A DNA stretch of 42,592 nucleotides from Candidatus Hadarchaeota archaeon (GTDB lineage: Archaea; Hadarchaeota; Hadarchaeia; Hadarchaeales; Hadarchaeaceae), in contig JBFMBF010000009.1 in NCBI GenBank assembly GCA_040755315.1, forward strand, positions 1 through 42,592, read 5' to 3'. This document shows positions 20,201 through 29,378 of the stretch, one piece after another. Under the pieces are notes generated by a model. The model ran no database searches, was not told where the DNA came from, and saw nothing but the letters and a program-made list of their open reading frames with translations. A program made the position numbers and the translations under genes. Each line of letters begins with the position of its first letter. Positions within the stretch are counted from its first letter, which is position 1.

Positions 20201-20533
20201 AAATTCCACGTTGTACCCTTCGTCCTCCATGTCGATGCAGGGCCGGGGAATCGTCAGTTCATCCATTATCTGCACTGTTTTCAGCTCAATGAACCTGGCA
20301 CCACATAACCACGCGGAAACGATGTTCTGTGCAAGTTGGGTATGGGGGCCCGCTCCCGGCCCGATCGGCGTAGCCATGTACTGCCCAAAAACGTTCGGGT
20401 TGGCATGGGGACTGTCCTTTTTTGGGGTATAGAAAAGAGCGCGTTGGATCCCAAAGATGGACTGGTTCTCTTCAAGCTCCGTAAGAATCCAGTTTAGGAG
20501 CACTTCAAAGGATTGGGGTTTCATGTCGTCCAA
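17237..20533 (-). CDS. ygfK: YgfK-family Fe-S flavoprotein oxidoreductase
   Basis: GPGAGPHTQLAQNIVSAWLCGARFIELKTVQ, STMHGCPP, KLNPTLLG, GSGPAG, GGGNTAMD, CNQCGNC. Confidence 0.92.
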   Translation of the reverse strand: MDDMKPQSFEVLLNWILTELEENQSIFGIQRALFYTPKKDSPHANPNVFGQYMATPIGPGAGPHTQLAQNIVSAWLCGARFIELKTVQIMDELTIPRPCIDMEDEGYNVEFSQELKLDQSAWEYVKAWALIHILHRILGFEGKVPIGTVFNMSVGYDLKGIQSPPMVHFMDRLQDASKEISEIRKVLKEKFPQFADIEIPAKIVNSVTLSTMHGCPPGEIEKISRHLMEERGLHTTVKLNPTLLGKDKVISILHDQLGFKEINIPDAVFEHDLKYDLAVKLIRALQKVANERGLIFGVKLSNTLATVNHKSNLPGNEMYMSGRALYPITINLFHKLSKEFGGDLKVSFSAGADALNVTSILSSGAWSISTVSDLLKPGGYANSTQYLENLERDMRSRGVKSLEELAKNKLANLELEAARALDDPRYKKSYHPYGLPKVESKLDLFDCVNTPCMEQCAVLQDVPEYARMISQREYDRALEIILSRNPLPMVTGYVCTHLCQTRCTRNNYDEPVAIRALKRFAAEKGKATVKVAEKSGHKVAVIGSGPAGLAAAYFLAVNGIEAVVYEAKDRPGGMLAIAPAFRLPKEVVETDIERIKKLGVKIELSHPISTPPEELLNQNFDAVYVASGFSQDARLGIEGEDGKGVYKSLDFLERVSRGERVDLGKRVLVIGGGNTAMDAARTAKRLTGGPVVVVYRRTREEMPAAEEEVEELLEEGITIEELAAPNRIILDNGRVAALECIRNKLGSAGPDGRRRPVPIEGSEFQIEADSIIAGIGQRPDVSLFNKSSISLNNDGTIVVDPQTGLTGHERVYAGGDVVRGPETIIAACADGRRAAEAICRQLGVKAGLPDRKLSALSKEDIVQVKRVRARKEAQHKRSMLPPEKRGGFDLVEAVLTEKEAQEEAERCMQCSSFCDKCVEVCPNRANYTFFVSPTSLRLPKVSSRQGELKESGDEIFRISQTRQILHVQDFCNQCGNCATFCVHNGKPYMDKPKLFFERSDFGREDDNAFHIERKGEEWIIRRRENGKESSLFMGNGTKEMTFENEWVRLELSPDFRIKRMELKKDFKGEFSLVGPAEMYVILKGVTTSLPFLPFARSQ

Positions 20534-20672
20534 ACTACCACTCTTTGGACTAGAATTGTCTGTATAAAAATCTTTTATCCCTGGCCCTTACGTTGACGCT
20601 GAAAACTACGATAAACTTTTAATCATCTGTCTCAACAAGAATTCGGTCAAATGGCGAAGTACTCTGTCAATG

Positions 20673-20734
20673 GCTACACCTGCGGACTCTGCGTCTCTGT
20701 CTGCTCAACTGGGGCCATCAGACACTTGTGGTAA
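20673..20734 (+). repeat. Right 62-bp direct repeat (orphan copy of the DHOD-like gene 3' end)
   Basis: Encodes YTCGLCVSVCSTGAIRHLW* and lies 10 nt before ATG 20745. Confidence 0.9.
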
Positions 20735-20744
20735 GCGGGTCGTT

Positions 20745-21266
20745 ATGTTGGAGATTCTTTTCTGGTCCATTCTCATTTTCCTCGCCAGACTAATCGATGT
20801 CTCCATGGGCACGATGAGGATGATACTCCTCGTCAGGGGGAGGCGAGGGATAGCGGCCGTTTCATCGTTCTTTGAAATAATGATTTGGATACTGGCGGTG
20901 AGCCGTGTAATCACACAACTGGACAACTGGTATTACATTTTTGCCTTCGCCCTTGGCTTTGCCTCCGGGAACTTCCTCGGGAGCTACATAGAGGAAAAAA
21001 TTGCTCTCGGCTACATGTTCGCGTACATAGTCCCGAAAAAACGCGCTAAAAATTTAGCCGATGAACTCAGAAGAGCTGGATTCGGGGTGACGGTTGTGCC
21101 GGGACACGGCTTGAAAGGCCTAGAGATGGTTTACAATGTTTTCTTTAAGCGCCGAGACACGAAGAAGCTTATGGAAATTGTAAAAAAACACGACTCTTTT
21201 TTCACAATGATTGACGTGAGGACCGAGCGCGGAGGTTATTTTGGGAGCGCGCGCAAGGGAAAGTAA
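20745..21266 (+). CDS. UPF0316/DUF2179-like membrane protein
   Basis: IFLARLIDVSMGTMRMI, FFEIMIWILA, LRRAGFGVT. Confidence 0.82.
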   Translation: MLEILFWSILIFLARLIDVSMGTMRMILLVRGRRGIAAVSSFFEIMIWILAVSRVITQLDNWYYIFAFALGFASGNFLGSYIEEKIALGYMFAYIVPKKRAKNLADELRRAGFGVTVVPGHGLKGLEMVYNVFFKRRDTKKLMEIVKKHDSFFTMIDVRTERGGYFGSARKGK

Positions 21267-21275
21267 GGGACAAAA

Positions 21276-22085
21276 ATGATAGGGGATATCAAGCTTCTCA
21301 ACATGGCCGCCGAGCGTTTGGAGAGAGGACTGAAAATAGGGGTCTGCACTGTGGTGGAAAAGATAGGCTCTGGTCCGTCGGAAGTGGGTCGGAAAATGTT
21401 GGTGTCAGAGGATGGAGAGATTATCGGAACCATAGGCGGCGGCGAGTGCTTTGAACGTGCGCTTGTGCAAGCGGCACTTAAGGCCGTCCGGAAAGGCAGG
21501 ACAAAGAGCGTCAAGTTCTCTTTTTATGGAGGGGCGAAAGAAGGTGAGCTGGACACAGGACTGTGGTGTGGAGGAGCGATGACGGTGTTTGTGGACGTGG
21601 TCGAACCAACCCCCAAGCTGGTGATCATAGGGTCTGGGCACGTTGCTCTGCCGACATACAAGGTGGCGGAAATGCTGGGATTTGATGTGACGGTCGTCGA
21701 CGACAACGAGGACACCCTGACCAAGAAGAGGTTTCCAAACGCGAAGCTGGTTTTTAACCGGGACTTTGAAAAGGCCCTGAAAAAGTTGAAGGTTGACAAA
21801 AATGCTTACGTGGCGATAGTGCACGGGGAACCAAGGCACGACCTTGCAGCCCTGCGAAGGTTCATCAAGATGGACGTGGCCTACCTTGGGGTTCTCGGCA
21901 GCGGGCACAAGATAGCCAAGCTGAAGAAAATCTTGGCAAAAGACGGAGTTGCAAAGAAGAAAATCGACGCCGTGAGTGCCCCCATAGGGCTGGACCTGAG
22001 CGCCAGGACCCCAGAGGAAATCTCCATAAGCATAGCCGCTGAACTGGTAAAGGAACGAAGAACCAGCCGCAGGAGCGCGAAATAA
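21276..22085 (+). CDS. xdhC: XdhC/CoxI molybdo-hydroxylase maturation factor
   Basis: GTIGGG, CGG, IIGSGHVA, YLGVLGS, APIGLDL..RTPEEI. Confidence 0.9.
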   Translation: MIGDIKLLNMAAERLERGLKIGVCTVVEKIGSGPSEVGRKMLVSEDGEIIGTIGGGECFERALVQAALKAVRKGRTKSVKFSFYGGAKEGELDTGLWCGGAMTVFVDVVEPTPKLVIIGSGHVALPTYKVAEMLGFDVTVVDDNEDTLTKKRFPNAKLVFNRDFEKALKKLKVDKNAYVAIVHGEPRHDLAALRRFIKMDVAYLGVLGSGHKIAKLKKILAKDGVAKKKIDAVSAPIGLDLSARTPEEISISIAAELVKERRTSRRSAK

Positions 22086-23399
22086 ATGCTAATGATGAAG
22101 CCGCATTTCAAGACAAACATCCGCGGGCAGCTGATGATCGGGGAAATCAGCGCTGTGGACTTGGCCGAGCGATTCGGGACGCCGCTTTACATCATGGATG
22201 AACAGAGAATTAGGGACAATTTCCACAGGTTCTACAAGGCCTTCGCTGAGAGATGGCCAAGCGTGCTCGTCTGCTATGCCCTTAAAGCCAATTCAAACTC
22301 GGCTGTCGTGAAAATTCTTCAAAGCGAGAAGGCTGGTGCAGACGTTAGTTCTGAAAATGAGCTCAGGATAGCGCTTCAGGCCGGCATTCCTGGCAACAAG
22401 ATGGTTTTCAACGGCAACCACAAGAATTCCAGGGAGCTTGAAATTGCCATAACCAACGGCGTCCTGATCAATGTTGACGGCTTCCAAGAGCTGGAGGCTG
22501 TGGACAGGATTGCCCGACGTTCGAAGAAAAATGCCAGAATAAGCCTCAGGGTCAACCCGGCCATAGAGGCCCCCACCCATCCTTACATAGCTACCGGCGT
22601 CAGGGAAAGCAAGTTTGGTTTTGATGTGGCGAGCGGGCAGGCTTTTGAGGCTTACGCGAAGGCATCCAGAATGGAGAATGTTGAGGTTGTCGGGATACAC
22701 GCGAACATAGGCTCCCAAATTTTGGACTCCTCGCCTTTTGAAGAAGAGGCGGAGAAGCTCATGGAGCTGGTCGCGCTCGTGAAAGAGCGGCTGGGGATTT
22801 ATATCTCGCATGTCGACTTTGGCGGCGGTATAGGGATTCAATACAAGCCTGAAGAAAAGGGGCTGCAACCCGATGAAGTGGCGGAAAGAATCACGGGCGT
22901 CGTGAAGCGGATGGTGGAAGAAAAGGACCTGGCGAGGCCCATTCTCATGTTCGAGCCCGGGCGGTACATAGTGGGCGATGCAGGTGTACTTCTGGCCCGC
23001 GTCGGGTATGTGAAGGAGCGGCCTGGGATGACGACTTGGATTTCGCTGGACGCTGGGATGAACGCGCTCATCAGACCCGCGCTATACGGTGCGTATCACC
23101 ACATAGAAATCGCTAACAAGATACTGGAGAAAAACGAGTTCACGTACAATGTCGCCGGTCCCCTGTGCGAGTCGGGGGACTTTCTGGGAAAAGACAGAAA
23201 GCTGCAGAAGGTCGTGCAGGGCGACCTCGTGGCGGTCTTCGATGTCGGGGCGTATGGCCTATCTATGTCGAACCAGCACACAGTTCAGCCGAGGCCGGCC
23301 GTGGTCCTTGTGAACGGCAAGAATGCAGAGGTTGTCAGGCGGAGAGAAACATTCGAAGACCTGACAAGGCTTGACCAAATCCCTGGCTGGTTGAAATGA
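22086..23399 (+). CDS. lysA: Diaminopimelate decarboxylase
   Basis: FGTPLY, YALKAN, SKFG, GGG, EPGRY, GPLCESGD, VGAYG. Confidence 0.9.
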   Translation: MLMMKPHFKTNIRGQLMIGEISAVDLAERFGTPLYIMDEQRIRDNFHRFYKAFAERWPSVLVCYALKANSNSAVVKILQSEKAGADVSSENELRIALQAGIPGNKMVFNGNHKNSRELEIAITNGVLINVDGFQELEAVDRIARRSKKNARISLRVNPAIEAPTHPYIATGVRESKFGFDVASGQAFEAYAKASRMENVEVVGIHANIGSQILDSSPFEEEAEKLMELVALVKERLGIYISHVDFGGGIGIQYKPEEKGLQPDEVAERITGVVKRMVEEKDLARPILMFEPGRYIVGDAGVLLARVGYVKERPGMTTWISLDAGMNALIRPALYGAYHHIEIANKILEKNEFTYNVAGPLCESGDFLGKDRKLQKVVQGDLVAVFDVGAYGLSMSNQHTVQPRPAVVLVNGKNAEVVRRRETFEDLTRLDQIPGWLK

Positions 23400-24625
23400 A
23401 GCGAATAGCTGTCAAGTTTGGCGGGACGAGCGTCGGCAACATGGAGCGCGTTCGGTTGGCTGCCAAAGCAGTTTACAGGGAATTCAAGAAAGGAGTCCAG
23501 GTGATCGTGGTAGTTTCGGCGATGGGACACACTACTGACTCCCTGATAAAATCCGCCAAGACAATCTTCGGAGATTTCAGCGATGAGGAGATCGATTACA
23601 TCATGGCTCTTGGGGAAAGGGCCAGCGCCAGGATATTTGCGGCCGCGCTCAGGGAACTCGGCGCTAAGTCGGTGGCGATAGATCCGCTGGACAAGCGATG
23701 GCCGGTTGTAACGGACGAGAACTTCAGGATGGCGGACATAGACCTGAAAGAAACCACCGGACGCGCGAAAAAACACTTGGCACCACTATTGAAAAAGGGA
23801 GTAATCCCAGTCGTCTGCGGCTTCCTTGGGAGGAGCAGAGAGGGGAAAATAACTACGATCGGGCGCGGGGGAAGCGACATAACGGGGTTCCTGATGGGGG
23901 AGTGCCTCGGCGCGGACGAGGTAGTCATAGTCACAGATGTCGAGGGGGTGATGACCGCAGACCCGAACAAGATTCCTGACGCCAGGACACTCAAAACAAT
24001 CACTGTGGAGGAGATGAGGGATCTGGCAAGGTTTGGTGCCCAGGTCATGCACCCGCGCGCCATGGCCTACAAGGACCCGGACATAAGCGCCAGAGTCGTA
24101 CACTACAGGCATGGTGATTTATCCATTCGGGGCACCACAATAATTGGACCAAAAAAAGGTGAGTTTGTGGGCGTCAGGCTGCATGAAAAGCCGTTGGCAA
24201 TGCTGACCGTGGTTGGGGAGGAGATGCAGACCACCCCTGGAGTGCTGGTCAAAGTGACGGCGCCGCTCAGCAGAGCTGGGGTTAACATCTTCGGGGTCTC
24301 CATAGGGCCGAGGTCGTTCTCGATATATGTTGCCGAAGCACAGGCGAAAAAAGCGCTGCAGCTCATGCACAATACTATAACCGGAAACGAGCTGATGAAG
24401 TCGGTGACCGGCGAGGTCGGGCTGGCATTGATAATCGCGGAAAGCGAGAAGTTCATCTACACGCCGGGAGTCATTGCGAGGCTGACCGAACCACTTGCCA
24501 AAGCGAAGATAAACATAATTGAGATACTGTCGAGCAGGACATCAATAAGCTTCTTCGTGAACTGGGACGATAGAGATTATGCCCTTAAGCTGTTCAGACA
24601 GGTGATGAAGGAGATAGAGGGATAA
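23396..24625 (+). CDS. lysC: Aspartate kinase with ACT domains
   Basis: VKFGGTSV, VVSAMG, TTIGRGGSD, TDVEGVMTADP. Confidence 0.92.
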   Translation: MKRIAVKFGGTSVGNMERVRLAAKAVYREFKKGVQVIVVVSAMGHTTDSLIKSAKTIFGDFSDEEIDYIMALGERASARIFAAALRELGAKSVAIDPLDKRWPVVTDENFRMADIDLKETTGRAKKHLAPLLKKGVIPVVCGFLGRSREGKITTIGRGGSDITGFLMGECLGADEVVIVTDVEGVMTADPNKIPDARTLKTITVEEMRDLARFGAQVMHPRAMAYKDPDISARVVHYRHGDLSIRGTTIIGPKKGEFVGVRLHEKPLAMLTVVGEEMQTTPGVLVKVTAPLSRAGVNIFGVSIGPRSFSIYVAEAQAKKALQLMHNTITGNELMKSVTGEVGLALIIAESEKFIYTPGVIARLTEPLAKAKINIIEILSSRTSISFFVNWDDRDYALKLFRQVMKEIEG

Positions 24626-24626
24626 A

Positions 24627-25508
24627 ATGTTTGATGGCGCCTACACTGCGATGGTCACACCTTTCGACAAAAAGGGGCAGCTTGATGAAGAGGGACTACG
24701 CGAGAATGTAAAGTTCCAGATTAAGAAGGGGATTCAGGGGCTTGTTCCTGTTGGGACGACAGGTGAGTGCTCGACGGTTTCTTACGAGGAACACAACAGA
24801 GCGATTGAGGTGGTTGTTGACGCTGCCGGAGGCAAGGTGCCCGTCCTGCCGGGGACTGGGAGCAACAGCACATGGGAAGCGATAATGCTGACGCAGCACG
24901 CAAAAGAGGTCGGGGCGGACGGGGCCCTACTCGTGGTGCCGTACTACAACAGGCCGACACAGCCTGGGCTTTACGCCCACTTCAAGAAGATAGCTGAAGA
25001 GGTTGACATCCCACAGGTGATTTACAACATCCCGTCCCGCACAGGCGTCAACATGCTGCCGGAGACCATGGCGAAGCTTGCGAAGCTGAAGAACATCGTG
25101 GGAGTGAAGGAGGCCACGGGAGACATGAACCAAGTGAAGAAGATAATCGAGCTCACGAAGGGAGAAGATTTTATCGTGACTTCAGGAAACGACTCCGACA
25201 CGCTTGAGGTGATCAAGCTCGGCGGCGTGGGCGTGATTTCCGTGGCGTCGAACATAGTGCCGGCAGAAGTGGCAGAACTTACGGCACTGGCGAGAAAGGG
25301 GGATTTCGCCGGGGCAAAGAAGCTCAACGACGAACTTTCTCCGCTTTTCAAGACCCTGTTTATCGAGACGAACCCCGGCCCCGTGAAGACCGCTATGAAT
25401 ATGATGGGTATGGCGGCGGGCGGGTTCCGGCTGCCTCTGGTGGAGATGGAGCCGGAAAACAGGGGGAAGCTTAGAGCGGTTCTCGCTGAGATGGGGCTTC
25501 TAAAATGA
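24627..25508 (+). CDS. dapA: 4-hydroxy-tetrahydrodipicolinate synthase
   Basis: GTTGE, VPYYN, YNIPSRTG, GVKEA, ETNPGPVK. Confidence 0.95.
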   Translation: MFDGAYTAMVTPFDKKGQLDEEGLRENVKFQIKKGIQGLVPVGTTGECSTVSYEEHNRAIEVVVDAAGGKVPVLPGTGSNSTWEAIMLTQHAKEVGADGALLVVPYYNRPTQPGLYAHFKKIAEEVDIPQVIYNIPSRTGVNMLPETMAKLAKLKNIVGVKEATGDMNQVKKIIELTKGEDFIVTSGNDSDTLEVIKLGGVGVISVASNIVPAEVAELTALARKGDFAGAKKLNDELSPLFKTLFIETNPGPVKTAMNMMGMAAGGFRLPLVEMEPENRGKLRAVLAEMGLLK

Positions 25509-26278
25509 TTCGAGTAGCTCTCTGTGGCGCTTGCGGGCGAATGGGCAAGATGATTATACAGCAGATTTCAAAACAGGGAGACATGAAACTTGTCGCTGCC
25601 ATGGACGCCCCTGAGAACCCAAATGCTGGGGCAGACGCTGGAGAACTTGCGGGCGTGGGAAAGCTTGGCGTTAAGATTGTTGGGGCAGACAAATTGACCG
25701 AAATTCTGAAGCAGTCCAAGCCCGACGTTCTGGTGGACTTCACAAGCGCCGGCGCAGCCGTGGAAAACGTGAAGGCGGCTGCGGAGGCCGGGATTGCGGT
25801 GGTCGTGGGCACCACCGGGTTCACGGAAGAACAGAAAATGGAAATCAAAAAATATATCACGAGAAAAAAAATCCGTGCTGTAATCTCGCCGAACATGTCC
25901 GTGGGGGTCAACGTCTTTTTCAAGCTGGTGGGCGAAGCCGCCAAGAGGCTCGGCAGCGACTACAAGGCCGAAATAGCGGAAGTCCACCACATACACAAGA
26001 AAGACGCCCCCAGCGGAACCGCAAAGATGGCGGCGCAGGTGATTGCGAAGGAGCTAGGCTGTAGTGTCGACGAAATCAAAATAAAATCCATAAGGGAAGG
26101 AGAGGTCGTCGGGGACCACATGGTGACCTTCTCCGGCCCGTTTGAGCTTGTGGAGATCACGCACAAGGCCAAGAGCCGGGAGACTTTCGCTGCCGGGGTT
26201 GTAAAGGCGACCCGTTACATTGCTGAAAAAGGCAAGCCCGGTGTTGTTGAAGATATGCGGAACGTTCTGGGGCTATGA
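25505..26278 (+). CDS. dapB: 4-hydroxy-tetrahydrodipicolinate reductase
   Basis: GACGRMG, GTTG, SPNMSVGVN, EVHHIHKKDAPSGTA. Confidence 0.95.
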   Translation: MIRVALCGACGRMGKMIIQQISKQGDMKLVAAMDAPENPNAGADAGELAGVGKLGVKIVGADKLTEILKQSKPDVLVDFTSAGAAVENVKAAAEAGIAVVVGTTGFTEEQKMEIKKYITRKKIRAVISPNMSVGVNVFFKLVGEAAKRLGSDYKAEIAEVHHIHKKDAPSGTAKMAAQVIAKELGCSVDEIKIKSIREGEVVGDHMVTFSGPFELVEITHKAKSRETFAAGVVKATRYIAEKGKPGVVEDMRNVLGL

Positions 26279-26349
26279 ATCCGCAAGCTCAGACATCGGG
26301 GGCTTGACGCTTTTTTGGTTAACATTGTACAACTCATTCTGACCCATGA

Positions 26350-26918
26350 TTACAAAACGCTTATCCCCGCCACGCTCAGCAGGAACAACACCCCGAAGAA
26401 GATGAACACTGCCCCGGAAAATATCTTGATGTACCCGAGCGGCACAACTTTCGGCAGCCTGCTCCCAATAATCACAGCTATTCCCATCAGCAAAGCGTAT
26501 GCAAGTAAAGCCCCAAAGAAAATCAAAACTGGAGAACCAGTTCTGGCTGCCAGGGCCAGCGTGGAGAACTGGGTCTTGTCACCGAGTTCCATCACAGCCA
26601 CCATTACGAAGTCAGGGGGCAAACTTCCCGCGCCTTGATTTGATCTCCTTCTCTTCCCCAGAAGCCAAGGTTAGAATTCCAACCTATGAAAATGAAAGCG
26701 CCGACCATGCTAATTAGCTGGGTTGGGAATAGTTCCCCCAAGACTGTCCCAGCCAGTATACTTGCGCCATCCACCGGTGCCACCGCTAGGATTGCTCCTG
26801 CAAAAACGGACAGCGCCTTGTATCTCGTGGACAGCGTTATCGCGGCGAGCTGCGTTTTGCCTCCAAGTTCAGCGACCGCGACCACGCCAAAAGCTGACAG
26901 GAACGGCGTCAAATCCAT
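26350..26918 (-). pseudogene. Frameshifted TMEM165/GDT1 (UPF0016) transporter
   Basis: ELGGKTQ and ELGDKTQ half-motifs lie in different frames, with apparent frameshifts near 26680 and 26620. Confidence 0.8.
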
Positions 26919-27126
26919 TTAAATGCCCAATCTTGGCAGGCTACCTCAAAGGTTTGTGGTATGGGCACGGGCGCCCGGCTCTGCAGAACCTGCACTTCTC
27001 CTTCTTTGGCGGCTGTGGCAGAGGCCCGACCATATGGCCGTATTTCCTACGCGGCAATCCAACACCGAAACCTCTCGCATCGTCAGATTAATAAATGCCC
27101 GCAACAAAACAGAGCGAGGCGAAAAA

Positions 27127-28266
27127 ATGGCAAAAATCCCTGTGGGCATCCTAGGCGCGACTGGAGAGGTCGGGCAGAAGTTCATAATCAACCTGCAGAA
27201 GCACCCGTGGTTCGACATAAAGGCGCTTTACGCGTCAGAAAAATCCGCTGACAAAAACTATGAAGATGCCGTTGGCTACGGAAAGGAAACATCGAGGTGG
27301 TTCTGCCACGAGGAGCCGCTGAAAAAGGTCCTTGACATCGAAGTCAAAAACCTGAACAAAGTCGACGCGGCCGAGTGCGGACTTTTCTTCTCCGCCCTTC
27401 CATCCGAGGTGGCATTCGAGGAGGAGGGGAGAGTCGCGAAAGAAAAACCAGTCGTCAGCACGGCGTCAGCATACAGATATTTCGACGACAGCTTCACATA
27501 CCTCCCCGGGGTAAACGAGTCCCACACGAACATGATAAAGGTTCAGCAGAAGTCGAGGGGCTGGAAAGGCTACGTCGTCCCACAACCCAACTGCACGACC
27601 ATAGGGTTGGTTATGTCCCTGAAGCCGCTCTATGACGAGTTCGGGCTAAAAAGCGTCACCATGGCCTCGATGCAGGCCGTTTCTGGCGCCGGCTATGCTG
27701 CTGTCACGGAATGGTCCAAGCAGAGGAAGGCTGAAGCTGGCGGCCTGCCATGCGAGTTGAACAACTATGTGCAGAAGACCTTTGAGGGCAACGTTATCCC
27801 TTACATCAAGGACGAGGAGTCAAAGGTCAAAAAAGAGACGGTCAAGCTTCTGGGAAAATTCTCTAACGGTAAAATAACGCCGGCTGACTTCAAGATAACG
27901 TGCAAATGCAACCGCGTCCCGGTGATACACGGGCACACTGAATCAGTCTTCATCCAGACGGCCAAGAGCTGCTCGGTCGATGACCTGAAGAAGGCTTGGA
28001 GGGGCTACAGGAGCGAGCCGCAGAAGTTGGGCCTGCCTCTGGCGCCAAAACAGCCGATAGTTGTGATGGAGGAAGCTGACAGGCCACAGCCCAGGTTTGA
28101 TTCTTACGTGGAGAACGGGATGGCGGCGGTCATCGGTGGGGTGGAGGCAAATGTTTTCGAAAACGGTTTCCAATACACGGTGCTTTCTCACAATGTTGAA
28201 CTCGGCGCGGCGAGGGGCGCGGTGCTGGCCGCGGAGTATCTGTACAAGGCCGGACTAATCAAGTGA
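27127..28266 (+). CDS. asd: Aspartate-semialdehyde dehydrogenase
   Basis: GILGATGEVGQ, PNCTT, MQAVSGAG, CNRVPVIHGH, RPQPR; ATG at 27127. Confidence 0.92.
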   Translation: MAKIPVGILGATGEVGQKFIINLQKHPWFDIKALYASEKSADKNYEDAVGYGKETSRWFCHEEPLKKVLDIEVKNLNKVDAAECGLFFSALPSEVAFEEEGRVAKEKPVVSTASAYRYFDDSFTYLPGVNESHTNMIKVQQKSRGWKGYVVPQPNCTTIGLVMSLKPLYDEFGLKSVTMASMQAVSGAGYAAVTEWSKQRKAEAGGLPCELNNYVQKTFEGNVIPYIKDEESKVKKETVKLLGKFSNGKITPADFKITCKCNRVPVIHGHTESVFIQTAKSCSVDDLKKAWRGYRSEPQKLGLPLAPKQPIVVMEEADRPQPRFDSYVENGMAAVIGGVEANVFENGFQYTVLSHNVELGAARGAVLAAEYLYKAGLIK

Positions 28267-28648
28267 AGGATGCTGAAGGAATTGCAACTTCAGTAATTGC
28301 GCTGGTTGTTGTTTTGGCGGTCGTGGCTGGCGCCGGCGCATACTTGCTTGCGACGCAGGCGGGGGGCCTGTCAAAAGCAACGGCCTCGTCCCCCCCACGG
28401 CAACCTTTACTGAGGACTCAAGTTTTAGTTGGTCCGAAGGCAGCATCTCATCAACGCACAAAATCGGGAACAAGTATTACACTTACTACGCCGGGATGGG
28501 AGTCTCGGTCGCCGAGTATTCGAACGGGAACCTCACGAACATCGCCAACCACATTTTGGATTTTCAGGGCTTGAACGCCGACCCGACTATAACCATCTTT
28601 GGCGAAAATGATTACAAGATGTTCTTCAAGACGCAGGTAAATCAATGA
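28263..28648 (+). pseudogene. Remnant of a membrane-anchored secreted protein (frameshift or internal deletion)
   Basis: N-terminal TM/signal segment in one frame; KIGNKYYTYYAG...ADPTITIFGENDYKMFFK* in another; the switch falls at a C7 run near 28390. Confidence 0.5.
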
Positions 28649-29292
28649 ACCTTACCAGTAGTTTTTTTGCGTTTTTTCTTCTCGCCGACACTTGGTTCCA
28701 GAATTAAGCCCGCCCTCTTCAACGACTTGAACATCTCCCTCAGCGTCCTCTTCTCCTTTATCTTGCCTTCGACGAGCACTAGGATTGTGATGGCCCCGAC
28801 TATCACGTAAAGCATCCAAGGCTCCGGTAGAAACCCTCCGACGCTTGAAAGCGCGACTGTCCAGAAGATGCTGGATGCTGCTGCGCCGGCCGCCACGGAA
28901 AAGAATATTGTCGACAATTTTATGTTCATGATGGAGGCGAGGAGTGCCGCCCAAGAGACGCCCAGAAGGAAGGTGAAGCCGAAAACCGCTGTGCCAAGGC
29001 TCCATCCCTTGAACTTGCGCTCGAACTCCTCCAGACCCTTCATGGCAACTTTTTCCAGCCTTTTCGTCGCCTTTATTTTGCCGAAAACCACTCTGGTGAT
29101 GCGGTTGAAGTAGTGGAACTCGTATCTCAGCAGCCGCAGTATCCCGAACCAAACCGGCACCAGCGCCACGTGGAGGGCGCTGACGATTGCCGCGGTTTCC
29201 AGCGGAGGGATGCCGTTCGCCAGCGAATAAGATGCGCCTGCCATCGGGCCGAACAGGAAGAGTATGCCGAACAGCCACAGGGCAACTTCCAT
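28642..29292 (-). CDS. Membrane protein, possibly small multidrug export (COG2426)-like
   Basis: Several hydrophobic helices; ATG 29292 follows GGTG. Confidence 0.6.
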   Translation of the reverse strand: MEVALWLFGILFLFGPMAGASYSLANGIPPLETAAIVSALHVALVPVWFGILRLLRYEFHYFNRITRVVFGKIKATKRLEKVAMKGLEEFERKFKGWSLGTAVFGFTFLLGVSWAALLASIMNIKLSTIFFSVAAGAAASSIFWTVALSSVGGFLPEPWMLYVIVGAITILVLVEGKIKEKRTLREMFKSLKRAGLILEPSVGEKKKRKKTTGKVH

Positions 29293-29378
29293 TTTGACAC
29301 CGATTACTCTCTCGCGAAAACCTATAAACAAATGTTGTTTGCGCTCGCCTGCTGGGATGTCAAACGTTTGCCACGCTA

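Noticed and set aside
15783..20734. 62-bp repeat pair as DGR template/variable regions
   Set aside because: Mismatches are not adenine-specific and no reverse transcriptase is in the window.
26920..27080. yybP-ykoY-like Mn riboswitch upstream of the GDT1 pseudogene
   Set aside because: Only loose CAAAG...CCTTTG similarity; the conserved core cannot be identified by eye.
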